64,000 bases of DNA from the IMG/VR virus record IMGVR_UViG_3300049436_000052, positions 201,433-265,432 of that record; one strand, given 5' to 3'. Below, in pieces: positions 1 to 10,278 of this stretch. Made by a program: the position numbers and the translations under genes. Each line of letters opens with the position of its first letter. Within the stretch, counting starts at the first letter, position 1. Below the pieces are notes generated by a model. That model ran no database searches. It was not told where the DNA came from and saw nothing but the letters and a program-made list of their open reading frames with translations. The DNA is from a virus.

Positions 1-712
1 AGTAACCAATTAAAAATTTATAAAATGACAGAAAAAAAATTATTTACACCAAATGCTGTTAAGCAATCCAATGGATATTATCGTGTGTCTATTTACATTT
101 ATCCAAAAGGATTAGATTATAAACCACAAACAAATGAAACTTATCCAATAGGTAAAATTGTTATGTGTGAAATATTGAGTGAAACAAAGGCTCAATTATT
201 ATTCCCTGGTAGTTTAGACAATTCTTGGGAAAAATCTAATTATAAAGAAGGTTGGTATGAAAAAATTGAATCAATTAATGCGATTAATTTTAATCCTCAC
301 TAATAAAAATATAAAATATTTTCTCAAAAAACTCATATAATATAAAAGGAATAGTTATGACAGAAGATAAGAAAATAGATAAGAAACCCAATTCTCCAAA
401 AACAGAACCAATAGACGGTGCTAGGGAATACTTTAAATTAAAAATTAATGTTGATCCAAGAACAGGTGAAACAAATGATGATTGGTTGGAAGATATTTTT
501 GATTGGGTTAATGAATAGAAATAATGGACGATTTTACAACAAATTTAGATTATAATTCTGTTCAAATTATTCATCTTACTAATTTTCTAAGAGATAATTT
601 TATACATGAGTTTAATGTAGAACTATTTAACATATTGAGGTTAAATTCATTGTTGTGGAATATAGAATTAGAAATAAAATCTATTTTAGGAGAATAGTTA
701 AAACTAATTAAA

Positions 713-1174
713 ATGCCAACATTTTATAAATACCGACAATGGTGTAAAACATGCAACGACTATACACTTCACAGATATAGTACAGAAGATGAATTATTTT
801 GCGAATGTTGTAGTACAATTTATTCTGATGTTTATTTAAAAGACATTCCAGAAGATAGGTTAATTGAACAAAGAAAAAGATACCATGACATGAAATTTGG
901 TTTTGTGAAAAATATTGGATTTAATTCAGTATTTGGACAAGATTGCCTACAAACAATTAATGATGAATTTCCGCAATATGAAATTCTTGAAAGTGATGCA
1001 GGGCAAGAATATTTAGATAAGCAATACCTAGAAAACTTTGAAAGAGTAATGAAAGAACAACAAGAAAAAGAAGAACTGCAAAAAAAACATAAAAAGATTG
1101 GAAGAAACGAACCTTGTTTTTGTGGAAGTGGATTAAAGTTTAAAAAATGTTGTTATGATAAAATATATTACTAA
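713..1174 (+). CDS. SEC-C motif (zinc-binding) protein with N-terminal Cys cluster
   Basis: C-terminal GRNEPCFCGSGLKFKKCC is the canonical SEC-C motif; N-terminal CxxC pairs. Confidence 0.85.
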   Translation: MPTFYKYRQWCKTCNDYTLHRYSTEDELFCECCSTIYSDVYLKDIPEDRLIEQRKRYHDMKFGFVKNIGFNSVFGQDCLQTINDEFPQYEILESDAGQEYLDKQYLENFERVMKEQQEKEELQKKHKKIGRNEPCFCGSGLKFKKCCYDKIYY

Positions 1175-1338
1175 TTTTAAATAGCTAAATAATTATGGAA
1201 ATTTTACTTGGAATGATTGGAATAGCAATAATTGGCTTTGCATTGAAATTTTTATTAAATTCTGAATCGACTAATTGTCAAAATTTAAAGAAATAAAATT
1301 GTTTGTTTTTTCATGAGTTTAGGTTTTTAATTGGTTTT

Positions 1339-1375
1339 GATTTGGGTATTGAAATTACCAATGCCCAAATCTTTT
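1339..1375 (+). terminator. Rho-independent terminator
   Basis: GATTTGGGTATTG-loop-CAATGCCCAAATC followed by TTTT. Confidence 0.6.
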
Positions 1376-1629
1376 AAACTCAAAATTTAATATATAATAA
1401 GATATGATAGAACACAAAGATGATGAAAATTTTGAACATTGTTTTACCAAATCAAAATTACTAGAACTATTTCATTCCTTATATTTACATGGAATTAAAC
1501 ATAGAATGAAGCTAGAAGCAGATGCACATAGAAACAATACGCTATTCCAAAATAAAGATTTAACGTTTGATGGTTGGCTAACCAAAGAAAATCCATTTAA
1601 CAAATAGTATCATTTAACGTTAATTAACT

Positions 1630-1659
1630 TTTGTATTTGAAAAAATAAATTTACTTTTG
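1630..1659 (+). promoter_or_regulatory. Bacteroidota primary-sigma promoter (TTTG...TAnnTTTG)
   Basis: TACTTTTG at 1652-1659 with upstream TTTG; similar sites at 2811, 6456, 10695, 41581, 54616, 57719. Confidence 0.6.
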
Positions 1660-1699
1660 TATTATTAAAATAAATATTAACTAATTTTAAATTTTATAG

Positions 1700-2767
1700 A
1701 TGAAAACTTTAGAAGATTTAACGCCCGAAATTAGGGCAAAAATTCCTTTATATAAGGAAAAATGTGTAAAAGACCTCTATAGTGGTGTAGAAGCTGCTAA
1801 TTTTAACAGAGCATTTTCAACTTCATATGTTGAAAAAATATATGAGATCGCTGGTTATAAAAAACCAGTAGTAATTTATGCTGATAATCCAAATGAGTTT
1901 AAATTAAAGTTTAAACTTCTGTGTGATAAGAGAATTCAAGATCTTATTCATAAAGGATTTGAAGACAAAAACACTGAAAAAGGATTTGACGAAGAAACGA
2001 TTGATAAAGCAATTGCATCAATTGAATTGACTGATGAAACTAAAGACATAAAGGTTGATAGTCATTGGATTTTCTTATGTTCTACATACCACAGAGTATA
2101 TTTGATGTGGTACAAATTCATCCAAGATGAGTTTTGTATAGAACATAAAAATAAAGATCTGTTAAATTGGCTCTATGACCACGCCAATAACAACATTGCA
2201 AAATGTTATTTTACTGAAGAATATGTTTTGGTATTAAAAATGCCTAAACTTATTTCCAGAAACAATGTTGGTTTCCACAATGTAGATCAAGCCGCAATTC
2301 AATGGCCAGAGTATAATCTCTATTATATTAATGGTAGAAGATTAGAAGAAGATCTATTCTTAAAGGTTCTCAATAAAACATTGACTTTTGACGAATTCAT
2401 GAAATTAGAAAATGAAGATACAAAAGGTTCTATTGTATCTCTAATTATTGAAAAATTTGGTCAAGAAGAACTAATGAGATTCTTAAATGCTTATGTGGTT
2501 GACGAACATATTGTTGAACACAGATCTGGTCATAAAGATCATTTTAAGTTATGGAAAACCAAAGAAAAGTTTAACTTCCTTGCTGATGCAGATGGGAACA
2601 TGAATCAACCATATGCTTGGTTTGAAGAAACCTGTCCATCGACAGGAACTGTTTATCTTCTAAGTACCAATCCTTCATTTGAAAAAGCATTGGATTGCGC
2701 TAAATTTCATAGACCAACAAGAATACCAACAGAATTGGTTTATGATATAAAATCATTTAATAGTTAA
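1700..2767 (+). CDS. DUF6745-like phage protein
   Basis: N-terminal LEDLTPE...IPLYKEK, central FHNVDQAAIQWPEYNLYYING, C-terminal CPSTG motif; recognised by eye. Confidence 0.6.
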   Translation: MKTLEDLTPEIRAKIPLYKEKCVKDLYSGVEAANFNRAFSTSYVEKIYEIAGYKKPVVIYADNPNEFKLKFKLLCDKRIQDLIHKGFEDKNTEKGFDEETIDKAIASIELTDETKDIKVDSHWIFLCSTYHRVYLMWYKFIQDEFCIEHKNKDLLNWLYDHANNNIAKCYFTEEYVLVLKMPKLISRNNVGFHNVDQAAIQWPEYNLYYINGRRLEEDLFLKVLNKTLTFDEFMKLENEDTKGSIVSLIIEKFGQEELMRFLNAYVVDEHIVEHRSGHKDHFKLWKTKEKFNFLADADGNMNQPYAWFEETCPSTGTVYLLSTNPSFEKALDCAKFHRPTRIPTELVYDIKSFNS

Positions 2768-2890
2768 AAAATAATTGTGCTAAATGATTTGTTTGTTGAT
2801 AAATTTGTATTAATTTTGTATCGAATAGTTTTTTATTATTGAAGACTATTTAATTATATAATTTTATTTTTTAAATTTAAAAAATTAACT

Positions 2891-3271
2891 ATGCAAAAAG
2901 ATTTTAAAATTTTAGATTTCATTGGCCACCAAGGCGATGTTCAGTTCTATGCAATAGATGCTATTCCAACTGATGCAAAGAAAATTGCAAAACAATTTGT
3001 TGCTGCTTCGGAAAAAAGTGGACATGTTCATGCGTTGAATGGAAACTACGACATGTATGAACTTGAGGACGGTTTTTTATTAGATGTTAAAGAAACATCA
3101 ATATTTAACCACACTTCAAAGTCATTGTTAAATGCAGAGACTTGGGATAAAGCAACTGCATTACCTGAAGAAGATCATGGAGTTTCTGTGATTGAAAAAG
3201 GTAAATATTTTGTTGGAATTCAACAAAGATTTGACCCAATCGAAGCTGCCCGTAAAAATGTAAAAGACTAG
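2891..3271 (+). CDS. Conserved His-rich phage protein, usual partner of DUF6745-type genes
   Basis: GHQGDV...SEKSGHVH...EDH...QQRFDP motif pattern; adjacent to 1700..2767. Confidence 0.55.
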   Translation: MQKDFKILDFIGHQGDVQFYAIDAIPTDAKKIAKQFVAASEKSGHVHALNGNYDMYELEDGFLLDVKETSIFNHTSKSLLNAETWDKATALPEEDHGVSVIEKGKYFVGIQQRFDPIEAARKNVKD

Positions 3272-3543
3272 TTCTTTACATTAGAATAATAATAACATCC
3301 AAGATTTTAATAAAATAAGATTTTGGATGTTTTTTCTTTTAAATATAACCAATTCTGAAAAAATGAAAAATTATAAAGTTAGTGGATATATAAAACTTGA
3401 TAAAATATTCGAATTAAATTTATCTGCTAAAAATAAACCACAAGCACTAAAATTTACTAAGTGGTTGTATGATCTGAATAAGATAAGATTAAAAATTGGT
3501 TTAACAACAGATCATCCAACAATTATTGCTGAAGATAAATAAA

Positions 3544-3595
3544 TTAACATTTTTTAACATAAAAACTGAAACATCTATTCATTATTTTCGTATAA
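3544..3595 (+). promoter_or_regulatory. ECF-type phage promoter TTAAC-N5-TTAAC-N9-GAAAC-N16-CGTATAA
   Basis: Exact motif upstream of ORF 3629; about 21 copies in the window, co-oriented with the downstream gene. Confidence 0.85.
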
Positions 3596-3628
3596 TATAA
3601 TAAATAAACTTAATTAAAAAGAAAAACA

Positions 3629-3820
3629 ATGAAAAGATTAGTTAGATTATTTATTGTGATATTATGCGTGTATATCGTTTTTAACGCATACCAAGATACT
3701 CAAAAAAACAAAAAGTCTATTTGGTACAACATTGCTTACCAAGGAAAAAAGGTTGTTGATTTTGGCGTTGAAAAAACAAAATCAGTAGTAAATGAATTTA
3801 AATCTGGATTGAAAAATTAG
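3629..3820 (+). CDS. Small membrane-anchored hypothetical protein
   Basis: N-terminal hydrophobic segment; directly after promoter. Confidence 0.6.
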   Translation: MKRLVRLFIVILCVYIVFNAYQDTQKNKKSIWYNIAYQGKKVVDFGVEKTKSVVNEFKSGLKN

Positions 3821-3821
3821 T

Positions 3822-3950
3822 TGTTAACGTTGGTGGTATGGTTAGTTGGGGATTAGAAACCACAAACCTAGACACAAGTACAAACTTAATAAATTGATAT
3901 AATGATGAATAACGCAGAAAAACCCCAATTAACTATACCACATGTTAGCG
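3822..3950 (-). repeat. attC-like recombination site (array 1)
   Basis: TAAC...GTTAGCG cores flanking imperfect inverted repeat GTGGTATGGTTAGTTGGGG / CCCCAATTAACTATACCAC. Confidence 0.75.
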
Positions 3951-4339
3951 TTTCGGTTATGGATTTACGCATTGGGAATTTAGTTAAATTAAACGATAAA
4001 GACTATCACGCACTAGAAGAAGATGGTCAGTTGAACGATAAAAATAACATTTGGGCAGTGAAACGCATTGATGAAGATGGTGATATAAGTATTTACAATA
4101 AGATAGAAAATTTATTTGAATATGTAAATATTGAAGAAGTTGAAGGCATTAATCTAAATGACGAATTGTTGGATAAAATAAAAGTAACAACTAATGAATA
4201 TTTCAGCAAAGGTAATGGTGTTTATTGGTTTACTCGTCATAATCCTCATACTCCAATAGTTTATTTACACCAATTTCAAAATATATTTCACGCTCTAAAA
4301 ACATACGAATTACTAGTCGGTTCTTTAACTGAACGCTAA
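3902..4339 (+). CDS. Cassette-borne hypothetical protein (starts inside attC-like site)
   Basis: ATG lies in the hairpin loop; reads through GTT AGC; stop TAA is within the next CGCTAAC core. Confidence 0.75.
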   Translation: MMNNAEKPQLTIPHVSVSVMDLRIGNLVKLNDKDYHALEEDGQLNDKNNIWAVKRIDEDGDISIYNKIENLFEYVNIEEVEGINLNDELLDKIKVTTNEYFSKGNGVYWFTRHNPHTPIVYLHQFQNIFHALKTYELLVGSLTER

Positions 4340-4464
4340 CGGTTGCGTATAAAAAACGTTGCCATTTTGAAACACGAATGTTTAATTTAAAAATAAACTT
4401 AATATGAAATACAAAGTTCAATTAACCGATGAAGCTGGCAATGTTTTTTTATACGATGTTAGCC
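4334..4464 (-). repeat. attC-like recombination site (array 1)
   Basis: CGCTAAC...GTTAGCC cores; arms CGTATAAAAAACGTTGCCA / TGGCAATGTTTTTTTATACG with one unpaired base. Confidence 0.8.
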
Positions 4465-4667
4465 GTAGTTCTTGTTCTGAAAAAACACTTAATGACTTCA
4501 TTTTAGAAGCGTTACAAATTTCGGAGGATAAACGGGAACTTCCTGTAAAAATACAGTGTCCAAACGGATTAGAAGTAGCACCTTCAATTAAAATGAAATT
4601 TGAAAACTATGGAAGTCCGATACTTGGCGATAAGTTAGAAGCGATGCACATCACTTGGCGTGATTAG
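4404..4667 (+). CDS. Cassette-borne hypothetical protein (starts inside attC-like site)
   Basis: ATG in hairpin loop; body bounded by GTTAGCCGTAGTTCT and AGAATTACGGCTAAC. Confidence 0.75.
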   Translation: MKYKVQLTDEAGNVFLYDVSRSSCSEKTLNDFILEALQISEDKRELPVKIQCPNGLEVAPSIKMKFENYGSPILGDKLEAMHITWRD

Positions 4668-4673
4668 AATTAC

Positions 4674-4767
4674 GGCTAACGAATATATATATTTTTATGG
4701 TTATAAATATCATTAAATTAGATAATTACAACCATAAATTTTAAAGATTTGATTTAAATTTATAAAA
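4674..4767 (-). other. attI-like terminal site of array 1 / recombinase leader
   Basis: GGCTAAC core with no hairpin partner, then TATATAT and a 44-bp block (4724-4767) identical to 10626-10669. Confidence 0.65.
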
Positions 4768-4774
4768 ATACTAT

Positions 4775-5556
4775 ATGAAATTTGATGAACTACTAAAACA
4801 ATATTCCAATAAAATTGAATATTTCAAATATTCAAAAAGAACTAAAGAAATGTATATTCATTATACATCCAAATTTTTGATAAAAGTAAACAAATATCCA
4901 CAACATATAACATCTAAAGATTTTGAGGATTATTTGTTAAAATATAAATTCACTTCGATTTCTCAACAAAATCAAATAATAAATTCAATAAAATTTCTTT
5001 ATGAAAAGGTATTAAATAAAAAATATAATAAAATTGATTTTGAACGTCCAAGAACAGAAAAGCATTTACCACAAATAATTGATAATGGATTTTTGTTAAA
5101 TAAAATTAATCTAATACCAAATTTAAAACATAAAGCAATAATTTCTTTAGCATATTCTGTTGGTTTAAGAGTATCAGAAGTAATTAATCTTAAAATTGTG
5201 GATGTAGATTCAAAAAGAATGATAATCAATATTAATCAAGCAAAGGGTAAGAAAGATAGAATAGTTCCATTATCAGAACATATTTTAGATTTATTGAGAA
5301 AATATTGGAAAGAATATCATCCAAGAGAATATCTTTTTAATGGACAAAATTCATTACAATATTCTGCAACTAGTTGTAATCAAATAGTAAAAAAATATTT
5401 AGGAGATAAATATCATTTTCATTTACAACATTATTAGAATGTGGAACAGATCTAAGAATTATTCAAAAATTGGCTGGACATAATTCTTCTAAAACAACCG
5501 AAATTTATACACATGTGAGTACTAATGTTTTATCAAAAATTAAATTACCCTTATAA
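4775..5556 (+). pseudogene. Tyrosine recombinase (N-terminal SAM-like domain, XerD/IntI-related), frameshifted
   Basis: YSVGLRVSE and KGKKDR motifs; frame breaks at HFHL; alternative frame continues [34 protein letters not shown] to stop 5556; the LRH motif is missing. Confidence 0.9.
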
Positions 5557-5759
5557 TGATAGAAAAACAAAAAAATAAAAAGCAATCCGAAAACGACAAT
5601 ACTACAAATTTAAGTGTTATGTGTTGTTGTGCTAATTGCAAAAACTGGAAGCTTAAAACTAAAAAAACGGGTGTGCTTGGAGTTTGCAAATTAACAAGTT
5701 TTGATGCTTTTTTTAATGATGTTTGTGGTAGTCACATATTGAAAATTATAAAAAAATGA
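5556..5759 (+). CDS. Small Cys-rich hypothetical protein, possible degenerate cassette
   Basis: CANC...C...C; contains in-frame GTT ATG TGT like the cassette genes. Confidence 0.5.
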   Translation: MIEKQKNKKQSENDNTTNLSVMCCCANCKNWKLKTKKTGVLGVCKLTSFDAFFNDVCGSHILKIIKK

Positions 5760-6708
5760 CGAAAATTTAACTTAAAATATTTAAAAAGGAGAATAAAATG
5801 GATTATCACATTTCAAAAGACAGTAAGGGCAATGATTTGCCAAGATATAATAAAGCAGAAGCGTTGAAACTTGACGGTGCGATTGAGACAGATGCAACAT
5901 TAAAAAAGAACCTAGTAGTTGTGCTTAAAAATATTTTTGGGGAGGGTGTTGCAAAAATATTAGATGAAGATGAATTAAACTATCAGGTAAAAAATGAATT
6001 GGGAAGAAAGCAAACTTTCTTAATTTACCCACCTTTAAAAAACGAATAACATGAACGACATTGACAAAAAAATAATTGCATTAAGAAAACTAACAACTAA
6101 CTTTGTATTTATCGAATGGGATGTTCACGAATCTTCTGATTGTTATAAGATTTTTGATGAATATTCTAAAAATAAAGACAAAGTTATTCTTTGTAAAGTT
6201 GAGGATGGAATTGAAATGGCTATTGACAATGCAATAAAAGTAGTCGGAAAATGGCGAGATGAGTTTTTCGGAAAATAATTTTATATAAAATTTGTTTTAT
6301 GTCACCATATGATAAACTACTTTTTTATTTTTCGTTATTAATTGTAATTTTTTTACTATCGTTTCTCTACTATCATAACAAGAACAAACGTTTTAAAAAA
6401 ATAAAGTATCGAAAACTTATAAAAAAAGAAGAATTGAGAAATTTTTATCATCACTTAAATTTGTAATCAACTATGGAAAAATATAAATTTCACCTCAAAC
6501 CTGAAGAACTTGGACAATTGGATCATCATTTTGTAGATGATAATGACAAAAAGATTGCTACTTTGTTACGTGAACCTAATGATAAAGGATATAACGTTAT
6601 TACTTATTTTGAAAGTAATGAAAATAAACCACCGTTCGTACATACTTTAATTGAAGGATTTGTTGCAGTTAGAAAACTCTTAAAGAAAGTTGGAATTAAT
6701 GCTGATTT

Positions 6709-7380
6709 TCAATAATTGTTTAATTCTTGATTTACCACATCTTTTGCTTTATTCTCAGGTTTATAGAGATAATCTTGTTTTTCAGGTTCGTCATATTTCT
6801 CATCATCAAAAAATGGTATTTTAAATTTAACATTTTTAATAATTGAGTAAAAATCTTCTGCGGTTTCTAAATTTTCCCTATTGCTTAATATGGTATATCT
6901 TTCGTTATCCATTGGTTCGTTTGTCATTGTGTTGTACATATTCCATACAAAATAAACTTGATTCGAATCGTCAAATTTAGCTTGCTTTTCACCAAATATA
7001 TATGATTCCTGATTAAATTGTTTTGATAGTTTTGCAATATCATTTAATGTGATGTTTGGAACAACTAGTGAATTTTCAAAATTGCCATATTTCCCTTTGA
7101 TTTTAATAAAACCATAATTCAACGATCTTAAAGTAGATTTTAAATTATCCATTCTTTTGTTATTTTCTTCAGGACTTACTTTCATTGCTTGTGGATTTTC
7201 TGCGGTAAATATTCCAATCGTATTGACAGCATTAACATCGCCACTCATCATTCGTTTTAGTCGTGGATAACCTCCTTCATCAACATCTGCTTCATCAATA
7301 TTTTCATTAAGTTTTGGTTTGAAGGTTTTATCTAATCTGGCCATAACTTCAAACAATCTTTTCTTACTATCATTTATCAT
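6709..7380 (-). CDS. Conserved phage hypothetical protein (GIFTAENP motif), lone antisense gene
   Basis: 223 aa ORF opposing the + block; leader ending LNE...DE. Confidence 0.7.
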   Translation of the reverse strand: MINDSKKRLFEVMARLDKTFKPKLNENIDEADVDEGGYPRLKRMMSGDVNAVNTIGIFTAENPQAMKVSPEENNKRMDNLKSTLRSLNYGFIKIKGKYGNFENSLVVPNITLNDIAKLSKQFNQESYIFGEKQAKFDDSNQVYFVWNMYNTMTNEPMDNERYTILSNRENLETAEDFYSIIKNVKFKIPFFDDEKYDEPEKQDYLYKPENKAKDVVNQELNNY

Positions 7381-7499
7381 ATTGTAAATTTTTATATAAA
7401 TAGTTAAAAAATGTTAAATTAATTTGTTGTATCATATTTTTTTCTAACTTAGCCAAAACATTTTTTAGTTTTTTTCGTATAATATAGAAAATACGTAAT

Positions 7500-7859
7500 A
7501 TGTTAACAGTTAATCAAAATTTGGTAGATGAATTTGTTTTTTATTTAAAAGATGTGAAATTTCGAAATAAAATTCAAAACTTAAAACTTGAATATCAGTA
7601 TCCGATAACTAAATGTGATGGTTGGTTGTATTTAGCATTAATTATCATAAAAAAATCTAAAAGAAATCAGGGTATTGGTTCAGAAATAATTAAAGAAATT
7701 ATTAAATTTGCTGATACATACAATCTTGAAATTAAACTTTGGCCTAGTGATAAACATGGTAGTGATTACAATAGATTGATTAAATTCTATGAAAACTTGG
7801 GATTTTTTTTAATTGATAAATTTGAAAAAGAATATATGTCTTACAAAAAAATAATTTAA
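7500..7859 (+). CDS. GNAT-family acetyltransferase
   Basis: RNQGIGSEII acetyl-CoA motif A and LIKFYENLGF motif B. Confidence 0.85.
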   Translation: MLTVNQNLVDEFVFYLKDVKFRNKIQNLKLEYQYPITKCDGWLYLALIIIKKSKRNQGIGSEIIKEIIKFADTYNLEIKLWPSDKHGSDYNRLIKFYENLGFFLIDKFEKEYMSYKKII

Positions 7860-8442
7860 AGATTATGGAAATTATTCAAAAAATAAAACAATTAAATTCT
7901 GGAAAAGACAAACTGGAATTTATCTTAAATTCAATATATAGTGGTCATAAAAACTTAAGTGTTATTATGAACCTACATAAACATCTAAATCCTCTTAAAA
8001 ACGAAGAAATTGATGATTTTATGGAAGGATTGATAAATGATCTGCTTGGTTATTATGTTTTTGTTGAAAAAAACAAATTAGATGAGAATGAGTTTGTAAA
8101 AACAGCATTACAAGATCTTTTTGTTTATATGAAAAAAAATAAAGATTTAAAATTCAAATCAAAAAGATTTTCTAATTACTTGAAAATAATTTAATAACTA
8201 AATTAAAAAATATGAAGAATAAAATTATTTTTATAAAACGGTTTTTGTATATATATTGGAAATTTTTATTAATAGCAATCGTTTGTTTTATTTTGTTTTC
8301 AGTGTCATGTGGTTGTATAGAAGGTATAATTGCAACAATATTTATAATGGGATATTTATATGGGTTATATCGAATAAATTCATTATTTTAATAAAAAAAT
8401 AATTAAAATAATGATTGAATTATTAATAAAATTAGAGAATAA

Positions 8443-8901
8443 ATGAAAATTCCTGAAGACGATATATTTAAAGATTCAAATGAATGTCATAAAATTTGGC
8501 ATAAATTCTCGAATTGGTTGGTTAAAACTTTTGGAAAAGATCTTCATGGTGAATGGGAAATCGTTGAAATTACAAATGATGATGGTAAAATAGTAAAATT
8601 TAAAAGTAGAAGCTTTAACGAACTTGAACTTAGCCGAAGATTGGTTGGTTATGATGTAATGTGCAAAATTGAAAGATATGTAAAAAGATGTTGCCCTGAG
8701 ATTAAAATAATTGGTTGTGATGATTCTTATTATAGTAGTTCATTTATTTTATTAATTCCACATCCTAGGCATGGAATTACAATTATGTTCATTCCTCAAT
8801 GCACAACAATTCAAAATCAATTGTTTTTATATGATGGGCATTTCGATCTTTTGATGGAAGAATTGAAAAAAATGAAATATGTTTATAAAAATCAGATATA
8901 A
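8443..8901 (+). CDS. Hypothetical protein
   Basis: 152 aa ORF in co-oriented block. Confidence 0.65.
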   Translation: MKIPEDDIFKDSNECHKIWHKFSNWLVKTFGKDLHGEWEIVEITNDDGKIVKFKSRSFNELELSRRLVGYDVMCKIERYVKRCCPEIKIIGCDDSYYSSSFILLIPHPRHGITIMFIPQCTTIQNQLFLYDGHFDLLMEELKKMKYVYKNQI

Positions 8902-8910
8902 AATAAAAAT

Positions 8911-9243
8911 ATGAAAGAAATTCCAAAAATAGGACAAAGATACAACTGTTTTGACGATGGCAAAATAAGTTATAACAGATTATATACTGTTGATGTGAAA
9001 GAAGTAGTTCCTTTTGATAAAATAGATAAAACTACACTAAAGAAATGGAAGGAAGAAGTTGAAGAATGTTATTGGTTATATGCAAAAGAAACTGATTTTT
9101 TTATCAAGACAGAAAATGGTGAAGATGGTGATGCTGTTTTTGTAAGAACAATTAATGGTGGGTGGTTTAGTATAGGTAATTTTATGAATAGTGGTAGATT
9201 AGATGTGGATGGCGAATTAACTGAGATGCTTAATGTTACATAA
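8911..9243 (+). CDS. Conserved phage hypothetical protein
   Basis: 110 aa ORF with FDDGKI...SGRLDVDG. Confidence 0.7.
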   Translation: MKEIPKIGQRYNCFDDGKISYNRLYTVDVKEVVPFDKIDKTTLKKWKEEVEECYWLYAKETDFFIKTENGEDGDAVFVRTINGGWFSIGNFMNSGRLDVDGELTEMLNVT

Positions 9244-9498
9244 TAGTTATGTACATGACATTTAATATTTAAAACTTAATGGAAAAATTTAAAAGAGTAG
9301 CATTAGAAAGAAAATTACGAGCAGATTCTGATGGAATGCCAGTTTTTAGAGATTGTTTTGAACATGAAACTTTATTATCATTTTTTGATGATGGTGGTAA
9401 TTACGCATTTAATGAATGGTGGGAAAAAGAAGGTTCGAAACAGTTTAATGAGTGGGTTTTGAAAAATGATGAATATAAAATGTATGGTTCTTAATTGG

Positions 9499-9590
9499 CT
9501 ATAACGTTGGTAATATGAAAAGTTGGCTTTGTAGTCACTTCCAATTTACCACAAACGCTGATAGCTAATTTTTTATATTGCGTGTTGTGT
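9499..9590 (-). repeat. attC-like recombination site (array 2)
   Basis: CTATAAC...GTTGTGT cores; arms TAATATGAAAAGTTGGCT / AGCTAATTTTTTATATTG. Confidence 0.75.
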
Positions 9591-9624
9591 GTAGTACGGA
9601 TTATTAACGATAAATATTAGTAAA

Positions 9625-9807
9625 ATGAGAAATTATAGAATAGTAGAAGGTAAAATTGAGGTGGATGATTGGTTTGTTGCTTTTGGTGTTATTGGTAAAT
9701 GCACAGAAGTTGATAAAACATATGACCAAAATGAACCTAATTATAATAGTAAAGAAACAAAATGGACGTGTGGTAAACACTGTAAAAAAATTGAATTTAT
9801 AGACTAA
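9625..9807 (+). CDS. Cassette-borne hypothetical protein
   Basis: Bounded by GTTGTGTGTAGTAC and complementary GTATTACACACAAC. Confidence 0.7.
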   Translation: MRNYRIVEGKIEVDDWFVAFGVIGKCTEVDKTYDQNEPNYNSKETKWTCGKHCKKIEFID

Positions 9808-9818
9808 CGTAGTATTAC

Positions 9819-9948
9819 ACACAACGGTGAAGCTATGACCAGTAAAGGATTACAGAGCGATGCGCTATCAACCGATACCCAACTGGATGCGAGCTGAAAT
9901 GTTACAAGCAAGCACTGAAACCTTTATTGGTTATAGCTTATGTTAGCG
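9819..9948 (-). repeat. attC-like recombination site (array 2)
   Basis: ACACAAC...GTTAGCG cores; arms AGCTATGACCAGTAAAGG / CCTTTATTGGTTATAGCT. Confidence 0.8.
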
Positions 9949-9993
9949 TTTCGTACTTTTTAAATCGAATTATAAACTTTTAAATATTAAAAA

Positions 9994-10272
9994 ATGGAAA
10001 ATCAAAATTACTTAACCCTTAAATGGGGAACACTTAAAAGCTGGTATTTTACAAACTCAGAAAAGGGAAAAGAACTTTTAAAAGAATACCGTGAAATCGG
10101 TTCATCTTTTAGTGCTATGGCTCAAAATGATACTCCACGACAAAAGGAAATTATTTGCGAACTTATCGACTTATGTGATGGTGATACAATTTATCTCGAT
10201 TGGGATGGTGAAGATGTGTCAAAAGAGAAAGCAAAAGAATATGTGATGAACTATGGTAAAGAGCGTTCTTAG
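9994..10272 (+). CDS. Cassette-borne conserved phage hypothetical protein (LKWGTLK motif)
   Basis: Bounded by GTTAGCGTTTCGTACT and AGTATGAACGCTAAC. Confidence 0.75.
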   Translation: MENQNYLTLKWGTLKSWYFTNSEKGKELLKEYREIGSSFSAMAQNDTPRQKEIICELIDLCDGDTIYLDWDGEDVSKEKAKEYVMNYGKERS

Positions 10273-10278
10273 TATGAA

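Noticed and set aside
4775-5556. Programmed frameshift giving an active recombinase, or a canonical intI call
   Set aside because: Catalytic R-H residues are absent from both frames, and the IntI-specific insertion is missing.
9230-9265. Additional attC site after ORF 8911..9243
   Set aside because: AATGTTACATAAT/GTTATGTACAT looks like a collapsed remnant, but there is no intact AAC core or hairpin.
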